Positions 50,601-64,000 of a DNA stretch of 64,000 nucleotides are shown piece by piece. Below the pieces are notes generated by a model. That model saw only the letters and a program-made list of their open reading frames with translations. It was not told the origin of the DNA and made no database searches. Numbering within the stretch: the first letter of the stretch is position 1; each line of letters begins with the position of its first letter. Origin of the DNA: the human T2T-CHM13v2.0 reference genome, Homo sapiens. Location of the stretch: assembly GCF_009914755.1 (NCBI RefSeq), contig NC_060932.1; one strand, given 5' to 3'. Position numbers and translations under genes: made by a program.

Positions 50601-53600
50601 TAAAACCAAAAAGAAGCTTTCTGTGAAACTGCTTTGTGACGTGTGCATTCAGCTCAGAGAGCTAAAACTTACCTTTGATTCAGCAGTTTGGAAACACTCT
50701 TTTTGTAGAATCTGCACAGGGACATTTCAAAGGGCGTTGAGGTCTGTAGTGAAAAACTGATTATCCCACAATAAAAACTAAAATCTGTCTCTGAAACTGC
50801 TTTGTGATATGTGGATTCCACTCACAGAGTTAACACTTTCTTTTCATTCAGCAGGTTGGAAACACTCTTTTTGTAGAATTTGTGAAGGGACGTTTTGGAG
50901 TGCCGTGAGGCCTACAATGAAAACTGAATACCCTGTGCTAAAACTAGAAAGAAAATATCTGTGAATCTGCTTTGTAATGTGTGCATTCAGCACACAGGGT
51001 TAAATTTTACCTTTGACTGAGCAGTTTGGAAACAATCTTTTTCTACAATCTGTGAAGGGACATTTCAAAGCCCACCAGACCTATAGTGAAAAACAAAATA
51101 TCACTAAATAAAAACTAGAAAGAATTTATCTGTGAAACTGCTTTGTGATGTTTGCATTCAGCTCACAGAGTTAAACTTTACATTAGACTGACCAGTTTGG
51201 AAACACACTTTTTGAAGAATCTGCAAAAGGACAATTTGGACAGCATTGAGGCTTATACTGAAAAACAGAATATCATGCAATAAAATCTAGAAAGAAGCTC
51301 TCCTTTTAACTGCTTTGTTATGTATGGATTCAGCTCAGAGAGTTAAACCTTTCTTTTGAGTCAGCAGTTTGGAAACAATCTTCGTAGAATCTGTGAAGGG
51401 ACATTTCAGAGCACAGTGAGACCTGCAGTGAAAAACCATATATCCTGCAATAAAAACTTGAAAGGAGCTATCTGTGAAACTGCTTTGTGATGTGTGCATT
51501 CGGCTCTGAGAATTAAACCTTTATTTTGATTTAGCAGTTTGGAAACACTCTTTTTGTAGAATCTGCAAATGGACACTTCAGAGCCCAGTGAGCCCTATAG
51601 TGAAAAACTGAATCTCCCCCAATGAAAACTAGAAAGAATCTGTCATTGAATCTGCTTTGTGATGTGTACATTCAGCCACAGATTTAAACTTTTATTTGAT
51701 TCAGCCCTTTGGAAACACTCTTTGTGTAGAATCTGTGGAGGGACACTTTGGAGCATAGTGAGACCTATAGTAAAAAACCAAATGTCCCAGATAAAAACTA
51801 GAAAGAGGCTATCTGTCAAACTTCTTTGTGATATGTTCATTCAGCTCACAGAGTTAAACGTTTCTTTTGATTCAGCAGTTTGGAAACACTCTTTTTGTAG
51901 AATCTGCAAAGGAACATTTCACAGTGCAGTAAAGCCTGTAGTGAAAATTCGAATATCCCATGATAAAAACTAGAAAGAACATGTCTTTGAAACTGCTTTG
52001 TAATGTGTGCATTCAGCTCAAAGAGTTAAACATTTCTTTTGATTCAGCAGTTCGGAAACATTGTTTTTGTAGAATCTGCAAAGAGACATTTCAGAGGCCA
52101 CTAGGCCTATGGTGAAAAACTGAATATCCCTAGATAAACCTAAAAAAAGTTATCTGTAAAACTGCTTTGTGTTGTGTCCATTCAGCTCACAGAGTTAAAC
52201 CTTTCTTTTTATTCAGTAGTTTGGAAATACTCTTTTTGTAGAATCTGTAAAGGGACATTTTAGGGCTCATTGAGGCCTATGGTGAAAAACCGAATACCCC
52301 TAGATAAAAACTAGAAAGATGCTATCTATGTAACTGCCTTTTGATATGTGGATTCAGCTCACAGAGTTAAAATTTTCTTTTGATACAACAAATTGGAAAC
52401 ACTGTTTTAGTAGAATCCACAAAGGCATATTTCAATGCGCAATGAGGCCTGCAGTGAATAATTGAATATCCTGCAATAAAAATATTCTTTTTGTGGAATG
52501 TGTGATGGGACATTTTGCACTGCAGTGAGGCCTAAGGTGAATAACCAAATTTCCCGTGATAAAAAGGAGAAAGCTTTGTAGAATCTGCGGACGGACATTT
52601 TGGAGCACAATGAGGCCCATAGTAGAATCTGAACATCCCAGATAAAGACTAGAAGGAAAATATCTGCAAAACTGCTTTGTGATGTGTGCATTCAGCTCAC
52701 AGAGTTAAACTGTGCTTTTGATTCAGCAGTGTGGCAATACTATTTGCAGAATCTGTGAAAACACATTTCAGAATGCAGTGAGGCCTATAGTGAAATATCA
52801 AATATCTTGTGATAAAGAATACAAAGAAGCTATCTGTGAAACTACATTGTGATGTGTGCACTCAGCTCACAGAGTTAAATCTTACTTTTGATTCAGCAGT
52901 TTGGAAGCACTCCTTTTGTAGAATCTTCAAAGGGACATTTTGCAGCCCACTAGGCCTATTGTGTAAAACAAAGTATCCCTAGATAAAAACTAGAAAGAAA
53001 CTATTTTTGAAACTGCTCATGATGTGAGGATTCAGCTCACAGAGTAAAATCTTGCTTTTGATTTGGCAGTTTGTAAACACTCTTTTTGTAGAGTCTGCAA
53101 AGGGAAATTTCAGAGCCCATGGAGGCCTACAGTGAAAACCCGAATATCTGTGATAAAAACTAGAAAAATACTGTATGTGAAACTTCTTTGCGATGTGTGG
53201 ATTCAGCTCACAGAATTAAACCTTTCTTTTGATTCAGCAGTTCAGAAACACTCTTTTCCTATAATCTGTGAAGAGAACTTTCATAATGCAGAAAGGGGTA
53301 TCATGAAAAAAAACTATTCCACAATAAAAACTAGAAAGAAGTAGTCTGTGAAACTGCTTTGTGATGTCTGCATTCAGCTCACAGAATTAAACCTTTCTTT
53401 TGATTCAGCATTTCGGAAACACTCTTTTTGTGTAATCTGCGACAGGAAATTTCAGAGCACAGAAAGGGGTATTGTGAAAAACCAAGTATTCTGCAGTAAA
53501 AACTAGAAAGAAGTGATCTGTGAAACTGCTTTGTGATGTCTGCATTCAGCTCACAGAGCTAAACCTTTCTTTTTTTTCAGGGGTTTGGAAATTTCTTTTG

Positions 53601-56600
53601 TGGAATCTGTGAAGGGACATTTTGAAGCACATGAGGCCTACAGTGAATAACCGAATATCTTGTGATAAAAACTAGAAAGAAGCTAACTGGGAAACTGCTT
53701 TGTGATCTGTGCATTCAGCTCAGAGAGTTAAACCTTGCATTTGATTCAGCAGTTTGGAAAAGTCTTTTGGTACAATCTGTGAAGGGACATTTCAAAGGGC
53801 ATTGAGGCTTGTAGTGAAAAACTGAATATCTTGTGATAAAAACAAGAAATAAGGTATCTGTGAAAATTCTTTGTGATGTGTGGATTCAGTTCACAGAGTT
53901 AAACTTTCTCTTTGATTCGACCATGTGGAAATACCTTTTTGTAGATCTGCAAAAATACACATTGAAGCACAGTGAAGCCTATAGTGAAAAATCGAATATC
54001 CCACAATAAACAATAGAAATAAGCTATCTGTGAAACTGTTTTGGAATGTGTGCATTTAGCTCACAAAGTTAAAACTTTTATCCAATTCAGCAGTTTGGAA
54101 ACACTCTTTCTGTAGAATCTGCAAAAGGGATGTTTCAGAGCCCACTAGGCCTATAGTGAAAAACAGAATATACCTAGATAAAAACTAGAAACAAGCTATA
54201 TGTGAAAATGCCTTGTGATGTGTGCATTCAACTCACAGAGTTAAAACTTACTTTTGATTCAGAAGTTTGGAACACTCTTTTTGTAGAATTCGTAAAGAAA
54301 CATTTTGGAACGTGATGAGGCCTGTAGTAAAAAACACAAATTCATGCAATAAAATCTATAAAGAAGCCATAAGAGAAACTGATTTGAAATGTGTCAATTC
54401 AACTCATAGTTAAACCTTTGTTTTGAATTAGCAGATTCGGGAAACACTTTTTTGTAGTATTTGTGAAAAGACATTTCAGATCTCAGTATTCCTGTAGTGA
54501 AAAACTCACTATCCCTAGATAAAAACTGGAAAGAAGCTATCTGTGAAACTGCTTTGTAACATTTGCATTCAGCTCACAAAATTAAACCTTTCTTTTGATT
54601 CAGCAGTTTGGTAATTTTTTTTGTAGAATCCGCAAAGGGATGTTTTGGAGCACAGTGAGATCTATAGTGAAAATCCAAATATCTCATTAAAAAAAAAGAA
54701 ACTGTGTGTGAAACTGCTCTGTGATGTGTGGGTTCAGCTCATAGAGATAAAACTTTCTTTTGATTCACAAGGTGGGAAACACTTTTTTTGTATAATCTGC
54801 AAAGGGACATTTCAGAGCACATAGAGGTTTATATTGTAAAACAGAATATCCCCAAATCAAATATAGAAATAAGCTGTCTGTGAAACTGCTTTGTGATGTG
54901 TGGATTCAACTCACTGACTTAAAACTTTTTTTTGATTCAGCAGTTTGGAACCATTGTTTTGTGCAAACTGTGAAGAGATCTTTTGGATCCCATTAGGCCT
55001 ATAGAGAAAAAAGAAATATCCTGACATAAAAACTAAAAAAAAAAAAAAAAAAAACTATGTGGGAAACTACTTTGCTTTTTGTGCATTCAGCTCACAGAGT
55101 TAAACTTTACTTTTGAATCAGAAGTTTGAAAACCCTCTTTTTAAAGAATCTATGAAAGGGCATTTTGAACTGCAATGGGGCCTATAGTGAAAAACTGAAT
55201 ATTACCTGATAAAATCTAGAAATATTCTATCTGTGAAACTACTTTGTAAAGTGTGGATTCAGCTCTCTGATTTAAGTCTTTCTTTTGATTCAGTAGTTTG
55301 GAATCACTCTTTTTGTAGAATCTGTGAAAAGACACCACGGTTCCCAATAGGCCAGTAGTGAAAAAACAAATATCTTTAAATAAAACCTAGAAAGAATCTA
55401 TCTGAAAACACTTTGTGATGTGTGCATTAATCTCAAAGTTAAATTTTACATTTGATTCAGCAGTTCAGAAGCACACTTTTTGTAGAATATGGAAAGGGAC
55501 ATTTTGGAGCACAGTGAAGTTTATAGTGAAAACCAGAATGTCACATGATAAAACCTACACAGAAGTTATCTGTGAAACTACTTTGTGATATGAGCATTCA
55601 GCTCACAGAGTTAAAACTTTTATTAAATCCTGCAGTTTGGAGACACTCTTTCTGTAGAATCTACAAAGGGACATTTCAGAGTGAAGTAAGACCTACAGTG
55701 AAAAAATGAATATCCCACAATAAAATGTAGAAAGAAGCTATCTATCTGTGAAAATGCTTTGTGATGTGTGCATTCAGCTCAGAGTTAAGACTTTTTTTGA
55801 TTCAGCAGTTTGGGAACACTGTTTTTGTAGAATCTGTGAAGGGACATTTCAGAGCGCAGTAAGACCTATACTGAAAAACTGAATATCCCATGATAAAAAC
55901 CAGAAAGAAGCTATCTTTGAAACTTCTTTATGATGTGTGCATTCAGCCCACATAGTTAAAACATTCTTTTGATTCAGCAGCCTGGAAACACTGTTTTTGT
56001 ACAATCTGCAATGGAACATTTCAGAGCCAGCTGAGGTCTATAGTGACAAACAGAATATATGCAGATAAAAACTGGAAAGAAGCTAGCTGTAAAACTACAC
56101 TGTGATGTGTGCATTCTGATCACAGAGTTAAAACTTCCTTTTGATTCAGCAGTTTGGAATCACTATTTTTGTAGAATTTGTGAAGGGACATTTTGGAACA
56201 CAGTGAGGACTATAGTGAAAAACAAAATATTCCATGGTAAAATCTAGAAAGAAGCTATCTGTGAAGCTGCTTTGTGAGGTTTGGATTCAGCTTACAGAAT
56301 TAAACCTTTCTTTTGATTGAGCAGTATGGAAACACTTTTTCTGTAGAATCTGCAAAGGGGAATTTTGGAGCCCACTAGGCCTATAGTAAAAAACTGAATA
56401 TCCCTAAATAAAAACTAGAAAGATGCAATCTGTGAAAGTAGTCTGTGATGTGTGCATATAGCTCACAAAGGTAAACCTTTCTTTTGATTCAGTAGTTTTA
56501 AAACACTCTTTTGGTAGAATCTGTGAAATGACATTTCAATGCACAGAGAGTCCTATAATGAAAAACTGAATATCACACAATAAAATTTAGAACGTAGCTG

Positions 56601-57340
56601 TATGTGAAACTGCTTTGTGATGTGTGGATTCAGCTCTCAGAGGTAAATTTCTGTTTTGATTCAGCAGTTTGTAAACACCTTTTCTGGAGAAGCCACAAAG
56701 GGATATTTTGGAGCCCAGTAGGCCTAAAAACCAAATATCACTAAATAAAAACTAGAAAGAAGCTATCTCTGAAACTGCTTTGTGATTTGTGCATTCAGGT
56801 AATGAGATAAATTTTACTTTTGATTCAGCAGTTTGGAAACAATATTTTTGTAGAATCTGTGAAGGTACATTTCAGAATGCAGAACTCTTTTTTTGTAGAG
56901 TCTGTGAAGGGAGATTTGAAAGTGTAGTGAGGCTTATAGTGAGAGAATGAATATCACGCAAAAAATCTAGTAAAAAGCTCTCTATGAAATTGCTTTGTGA
57001 TATGCGGATTCAGCTTGCAGAGTTAAACCTTTCTTTTGATTCAGTACGTTGGAGACACCATTTTTGTTGAATCTGTGAAGGGACATTTTGGAGTGCAGTG
57101 GGGCCTACAGTGAAAAATTTAAAAACCCGTGATAAAAACTAGAAAGAACATAACTGTGAAATGGCTTTATGGTGTGTGCATTAAGCTCACAGAGTTAAAC
57201 CTTACTTTTGATTGAGCATTTTGGAGACACTCTTCTTGTAGAATTTGCAAAGGGACATTTCAGAGAGCAGTATGACCTATAGTGAAAACCTGAATATCTC
57301 ACAATAAAAACTAGAATGAAATTATCTTTGAAACTGTGTT

Positions 57341-57644
57341 GGCCAGGTGCAGTGGTTCACTCCTGTAATTCCAGCACTTTTGGAGGCTAAGGCATGTGGA
57401 TCATGAGGTCAGGAGATCAAAACCATCCTGACTAACACGGTGACATGCCATCTCTACTAAAATTACAAGAAGAAATTAGCTGGGTGTGGTGGCGGGTGTC
57501 TTTAGTCCCAGCTGTTCAGGAGACTGAGGCAGGAGAATGGCATGAACCCAGGAAATGGAGCTTGCAGTGAGTCAAGGTTGTGCCACTGCACTCCAGCATG
57601 GGGGAAAGAGTGAGACTCCATCTCAAAAAACAAGCAAACAAACA
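57341..57644 (+). mobile_element. Old AluY inserted in alpha satellite
   Basis: Y diagnostics (atcctgactaacacggtga, gaatggcatgaacc, ggagcttgcag) with nearly all CpGs decayed. Degenerate TSD aaactgtgtt / aaactgcttt. Confidence 0.88.
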
Positions 57645-60597
57645 AAACTGCTTTGTGAAGTGCACAATCATCTCAGAGAGCTAAAACTTTATTTCGTTTC
57701 AGCAATTTAGAAACACTCTTTGTACAATCTGTGAAGGGGCAATTCAGAGCCAACTGAGGCCTATGGTAAAAAACTGAGTATCACTAGTTAAAAGCTAGAA
57801 AAAAAAGTTATCTATGAAACTGGTTTCTGATGTTTGCATTCAGCTTACAGAGTTAAACCTTACTTTTGACTCAGCAGTGTGGATAAACTCTTTTTGTAGA
57901 ATCTGTGAAGGAATATTTCGGACCCAACTAAGGTCTATGGTGAAAAAACCCACTGTCCCTAAATAAAAACTAGGAAGCAGCTATCTGTGAAACTGCTTTT
58001 TTCTGTGTGGCTTCAGCTCTCAGAGTTAAACTTTTTTTGATTCAGCAGTTTGGAAACACTCTTTCTGTAGAATCTGCAAAAGGACACTTCGGAGTCCATG
58101 AGGCCTAAAAACCAAATATCACTAAATAGCCCTAGACAAAAATTAGAAAGAAGCTATCTCTGAAATGGCTTTGTGATGTGTGTATTCAGGTAACAGAGAT
58201 AAGCCTTACTTTTGATTCAGCTGTTTGGAAACACTTTTTTTGTAGAACCTGCAATGGTACATTTTGAAATGCAATAAGGCCTATGGTGAAAAACCAAATA
58301 TCCCATGATAAAACCTAGGAAGAAACTATCTGTGAAACTGCATTGTGATGTGTGGATTCAGCTCACAGAGTTAAATATTTCTTTTGAATCAGCAGTTAAC
58401 CCTCTTTTTGTAGAATCTGAAAAGGGACATTTCAGAGCACAGTAAGACCTACAGTGAAAAACAGAATAACCCTACATAAAAACTAGAAAGAAGCTATCTG
58501 TGCAAGTGGTTTGTGATGTGTGCATTCAGCTCAGATTTAAATCTTACTTTGGATTCAACAGTTTGGAAACACTCTTTTGGTAGAATATGTGAGGGGACAT
58601 TTCGAAGCACAGTGAGGCCTGTAGTGAAACATCAAATATCACGTGATATAATTGATAAAGAAGTGATCTGTGAAACTGCTTTCCAATGTGTGGATTCAGC
58701 TTTCAGAGTTAAAACTTTCTTTATATTCAGCAAGTTGGAAACACTCTTTTTGTTGAATCTGTGAAGGGACATTTTGAAGCACAGGGAGGCCCACAATCAA
58801 AAATTGAAAAACCTGTGAGAAAAACTAAAAAGAAGATAAATGTGAAACTGCTTTGTGATGTGTGCATTCAGGTCACAGAGTTAAAACTTGCTTTTGATTC
58901 AGCAGTTTGGAAACATTCATTTTTGGTAGAATCTGCAAGGTGACATTGCAGACTCCACTAGGCCTGTAGTGAAAAACTGAATATCACTAAATAAAAACAA
59001 GAAAGAAGCTACTTGTGAACCTGCTTTGTGATGTGTGCATTCAGTTCCCAGAGTTAAACTTTACTTTGGATTTGGCAGTTTGGAAATATTCCTTTTGTAG
59101 AATTTATGAAGAGTTATTTTGGAGGTCATTGAGGCCTATTGTGAAAGACCAAATATCACCTGATAAAATCTAGAAAGAAGCTGTCTGTGAAAATGTTTTG
59201 TGATGTGTGCATTCAGCTCACAGAGTTAAACTTTTCTTTTGATTCAGCAGTTTGAAAACACTCTTTCAAAGTAATTTGATAAGGGGCATTTCAGACCATA
59301 AGAAGGCATATCTAGGGATAGTGGGTTTTTTCACCATAGACCTTAGTTGAAACTTATAGTGAAAAACCCAATACACCTAGATAAAAACTAGAAAGAAGCT
59401 ATCTGTGAAAATGCTTTCTGATGTGTGAACTCAGCTCACAGATTTAAACCTTTCTTTTGATTCAGCACTTTGAAAACACTCTTTTTGTAGAATTTGATGA
59501 GGGGCATTTCAGAGAGTAGAAAGGCATCTAGTGAAAAACTAAATATCCCATGATAAAAACTAGAAAGATTCTATATTTGAAACTGCTTTGTGAAGCATAC
59601 ATTCAACTCACAGAGTTAAACCTTTTTCTTTGTTCAGCAATTTGGAAACAATATTTTTGTACAATCTGCAAAGGGACACTTCAGAGCCAGCTGGGGCTTA
59701 TATTGAAAAACCTGAATATCTCCAGATACAAACTAGAAAGAAGCTATCTGTGAAACTGCTTTGTCATGTGTGTTTTCATTTCACAGAGTTAAACCATTTT
59801 TCTTTGATTCAGCAGTTTGGAAACCCTCTTTTTGCAGAATCTGCATAGTGAAATTTTGAAGCCCACTAGGCCTGTAGTGAAAAACCAAATATCACTATAT
59901 AAAAAGTAGGAAGAAGCTATCTGTGAAACTGCTTTTTGATGTGTGGATCCAGCTCTCAGTGTTAAGCTTTCCTTTTGATTCAGAAGTTTGAGAACACTCT
60001 TTTGGTAGAATCTGTAAAGGGACATTTCAGAGTACAGTGAGTCCTATGCTGAAAAAATGAACATTGTGAGATAAAAAGAACAAAGAAGCTATATGTGAAA
60101 CTGCTTTCCATGTGGTGATTAAGCTCACAAAGTACAATCTATTTTTTAATTCATTCGTTTTAAAACGCTTTTTTTGGTGAAATCTGCAAAGGAGCATTTT
60201 GGAGTGCTTTGAGGCCAACATTGAATTATGGAATATCCCATAAAACTATAAAGAAGCTATCTGTAAAACTGCTTTGTGATGTGTGCATTCATCTCAGAGA
60301 GTTAAAACTTACCTTTGATTCAGCAGTTTGGAAAAACTCTTTTTGTAGAATCTGCACAGGGACATTTCAAAGGCATTGAAGCCTATAGTGAAAAACCGAA
60401 TATCTACTGATAAAAATGAAAAGGAAGCTGTCTCTGAAACTGCTCTGTGACCATGTGTATTCTGCTCACCGAATTAACAATTTATTTTGATTCAGAAGTT
60501 TAGTAACTTTTTTTGTAAAATCTGCAAAAGGACATTACGTAGCACAGTGAGGCCTACAGTGAAGAACTGAATAGTTCAATTTAAAAGCTACAAAGAT

Positions 60598-60952
<355 letters not shown>

Positions 60953-63900
60953 TTACAGCTTTATATTGATTCAGCAATTTGGAAACTCTTTTTGTAGAAT
61001 CTGCAAAGGGACACAGCAGACAGCCTTGAGGCCTATACTGAAAAACAGAAATTCACATGATAAAAGCTAGAAAGAAGCTATCAGTGAAACTGCTTTGTGA
61101 TGTGTGGATTCAGCTCACAGAGTTAAAACTTTCTATTGATTCTGCAGTTAGGAAACACTCTTTTTGTAGATTCTGAGAAGGGACATTTCAGAGCACAGTA
61201 AGACCTACAGTGAAAAGCAGAATATCCTGCAAGAGAAACTCTAAAGAAGCTATTGGTGAAACTGCCTTGTGAAGTCTGCATTCAGCTCAGACTAAAACCT
61301 TTCTTTTAGTTCCACAGTTTGGAAACTCTTTTTGTAGAATCTGCAAAAAGGCATTTCAAAGTGCATTGAGGCCTGTAGCAAAAAACTCAATATCTCATGA
61401 TAAAAACTAAAAAGAAGTTATCTGTAAAGCTGCTTTGTGAAGTCTGCAATCACCTAACAAATTAGAACCTTTATTTTAATTCAGCACTTTGGAAAGACTC
61501 TTTTTGTAGAATCTGCAAGGGGACATTTCAGAGTACATTGAGGCCTACAGTGAAAAACAAAATATCATGTGATAAAATCGACAAAGAAGGTATTTGTGAA
61601 ACTGCATTGTGATGTGTGGATTCAGCTTAAAGAGTAAAACATTTCATTTGCTTCAGCAGTTCAGAAACACTTTTTCTGTATAATCTGTAAAGAGACATTT
61701 CAAAGCCCGCTAGGCCTACATTAAAAAAACAAATATACCTAGATAAAAACTAGAAAGAAACTATCTGTGAAAGTGAAGTTTGATGGGTGCATTCAGCTCA
61801 CAGAGTTAAAACTTTTGATTCAGCAGTTTGGAATCACTCTTTTTGTAGGATCTGTGAAGGGACATTTTGGAGAATTGTGAGGCTTATAATTAAAAACTGA
61901 ATATTCTGTGATAAAGTTGAGAAAGAAGCTATCTGTGAAACTGATTTTTGATGTGTGGATTCAGCTCAAAGAGTTAAAACTTTCCTTTGATTTAGCAGTT
62001 TAAAAACGCTTTTTTTGTGAATCTGTGAAGGGATGTTTCAGAGAGCAGTAAGACCTGTTGGGAAAAACAGAATATCCCAACATAAAAACTAGAAAGAAGC
62101 TATGTGTGAAAGTGGTTTGTGATGTGTGCTTTCAGCTCACAGAGTTAAACCTTACTTTGGATTCAACAGTTTGGAAATACTATTTTGGTAGAATCTGTGA
62201 AGGTACAATTCAAAGTGCAATGAGGCCTACATCAAAACAGCAAATATCATGCAATAAAATGTAGAAAGAAGCTATCTGTGAAGCTGCTTTGTAATATGTA
62301 AATTTAGCTTTCAGAGATAAACCTTTCTTTTATTTCAGCAGGTTGGAAACACTCTTTTTGTAGAATCTGGGAAGGGACATTTCAGAGCACAGAGAGGCCT
62401 ACAATGAAAAATTGAAAAACCCATGATAAAAACTAAAAAGAAGCTGTCAGTGAAACTGCTTTCTCATGTGTGCATTCAGCTCACAGAGTTAAACCTTACT
62501 TTGATTCAGCAGCTTGGAAACGTCTTTTGGTAGAATCTGCAAAGGGACATTTCAGAGCCCACTAGGCCTATTGTGAAAAACATCATATCACTAAATAAAA
62601 GGTAGAAAGAATCTATCTCTGAAACTTCTTTGTGATGTGAGCATTCAGCTTCCAGAGTTAAACCATATTTTTCATTCAGCAGCTTGGAAACATTCTTTTA
62701 GTAGAATATGCAAAGGATCATTTCAGAGTTAATTGAGGCCTACAATGGGAGACTGAATATCACCTGATAAAATCTAGAAAGAAGCTATCTGTCGAACTTT
62801 GTGAAGTGTGGATTCAGCTCACAGAGTTAACCTTTGTTTTGATTCAGCAGGTTGAAAACACTCTTATAGTAAAATCTGTGAAGGTACATTTCAGTGTGCA
62901 CTGAACCCTATAGTGAAAATCTGTAAATCCTGTGAAGAAAAACTAGAAAGAAGCTATCTGTGAAACTGCTTTGTAATGTGTGGATTCATCCCACAGGGTT
63001 AAACCTTTCCTTTTGTTCAGCAGGTGGGAAATATTTTTTACATAGAATCTGCAAAGAATCATTTTGGAGCTTACTGAAGACTACAGTGAAAAATAATTGA
63101 ATATCCCTAGATAAAAACTAGAAGAACTTATCTGTGAAACTGCTCTGTGATGTGTGCATTCAGATCACAGTGTTAAATGATTCAGCAGTTTGGAAGCACT
63201 GTTTTTGTTGGATCTGAGAAGGGACATTTCAAAGGGCTTTGAGGCAAATAGTGAAAAACTGAATATCCCATGATAAAAACTAGAAAGAAGCTGTGTGTTA
63301 AACTGATTTCTTATGTTTTAATTCAGCTTACAGAATTAAGCCTTCATTTTTTTCAGCTGGATGGAAACACTTTTTTTTGTAGAATCTGCAAAGGGAAATT
63401 TGGGGGTGCACAGAGGCTTACAGTGAAAAACAAAATTCTGTGATACAAACTAGAAAGAAGTTATCTGTGAAACTGCTTTGTGATGTGTGGACTCAGCTCA
63501 CAGTTTGGAAACATTCTTTTTGTAGAATATAAGAATAGGCATTTCTGAACCCACTGAGGACTATAGTGAAAACCAAATATTTGTGAAAAAACAAGAAAGA
63601 AGCTATCTGAGAAACTGCTTTGTGATGTATGGATTCAGCACACAAAATTAAACCTTTCTTTTGATTCAGCATGCTGGAAACACTTTTTGTGGTATCTGTA
63701 AAGGGATATTTCAGAAGGCAGTGAGGCCTATTGTGGATAATGGAAAATCCCACAATAAAAACTAGAAAGAAACTATCTCTGAAAAAGCTTTGTGATGTGT
63801 AATTTCAGCTCACAGAATTAAATCTTTCTTATCATTCAGCAGGTTGGAAACCTTCTATTTGTAGAATCTATGAATGAACATTTCTGAACCCACTGAGGCC

Positions 63901-64000
63901 TATAGTGAAAACCATATATTATGTGATGAAAACTAGAAAGAAGCTATCTGTGAAATTCTTCGTGATATTTGCATTCAGCTTATGGAGTTAAACCTTTCTT

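Overview
Primate (probably human) pericentromeric DNA with no credible protein-coding gene. From left to right: (1) diverged monomeric alpha satellite (1-13510) interrupted by a 5'-truncated L1PA4/5-like element; (2) a ~16.8 kb GC-rich gamma-satellite array of ~210-220 bp units (13511-~30287) carrying two HERV-K-class solo LTRs; (3) a ~13 kb minus-strand fossil of a 45S rDNA repeat boundary in native order: 28S 3' end, 3'ETS, Sal-box terminators, a compact ~10.7 kb intergenic spacer (IGS), CTCF/spacer-promoter region, spacer terminator, a perfect T0 Sal box, the Pol I core promoter (+1 at ~31740) and ~1.4 kb of 5'ETS running into the gamma satellite; (4) an Alu/L1-rich linker; (5) a second, different monomeric alpha-satellite layer (47668-64000) with two AluY-family insertions, relic multi-monomer duplications and a 41-bp inverted templated insertion. 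The most interesting object is the rDNA fossil: its rRNA part is dead, but its Pol I control elements are well preserved and point into the satellite array. All comparisons with human rDNA and repeat consensus sequences are from memory and need confirming by alignment.
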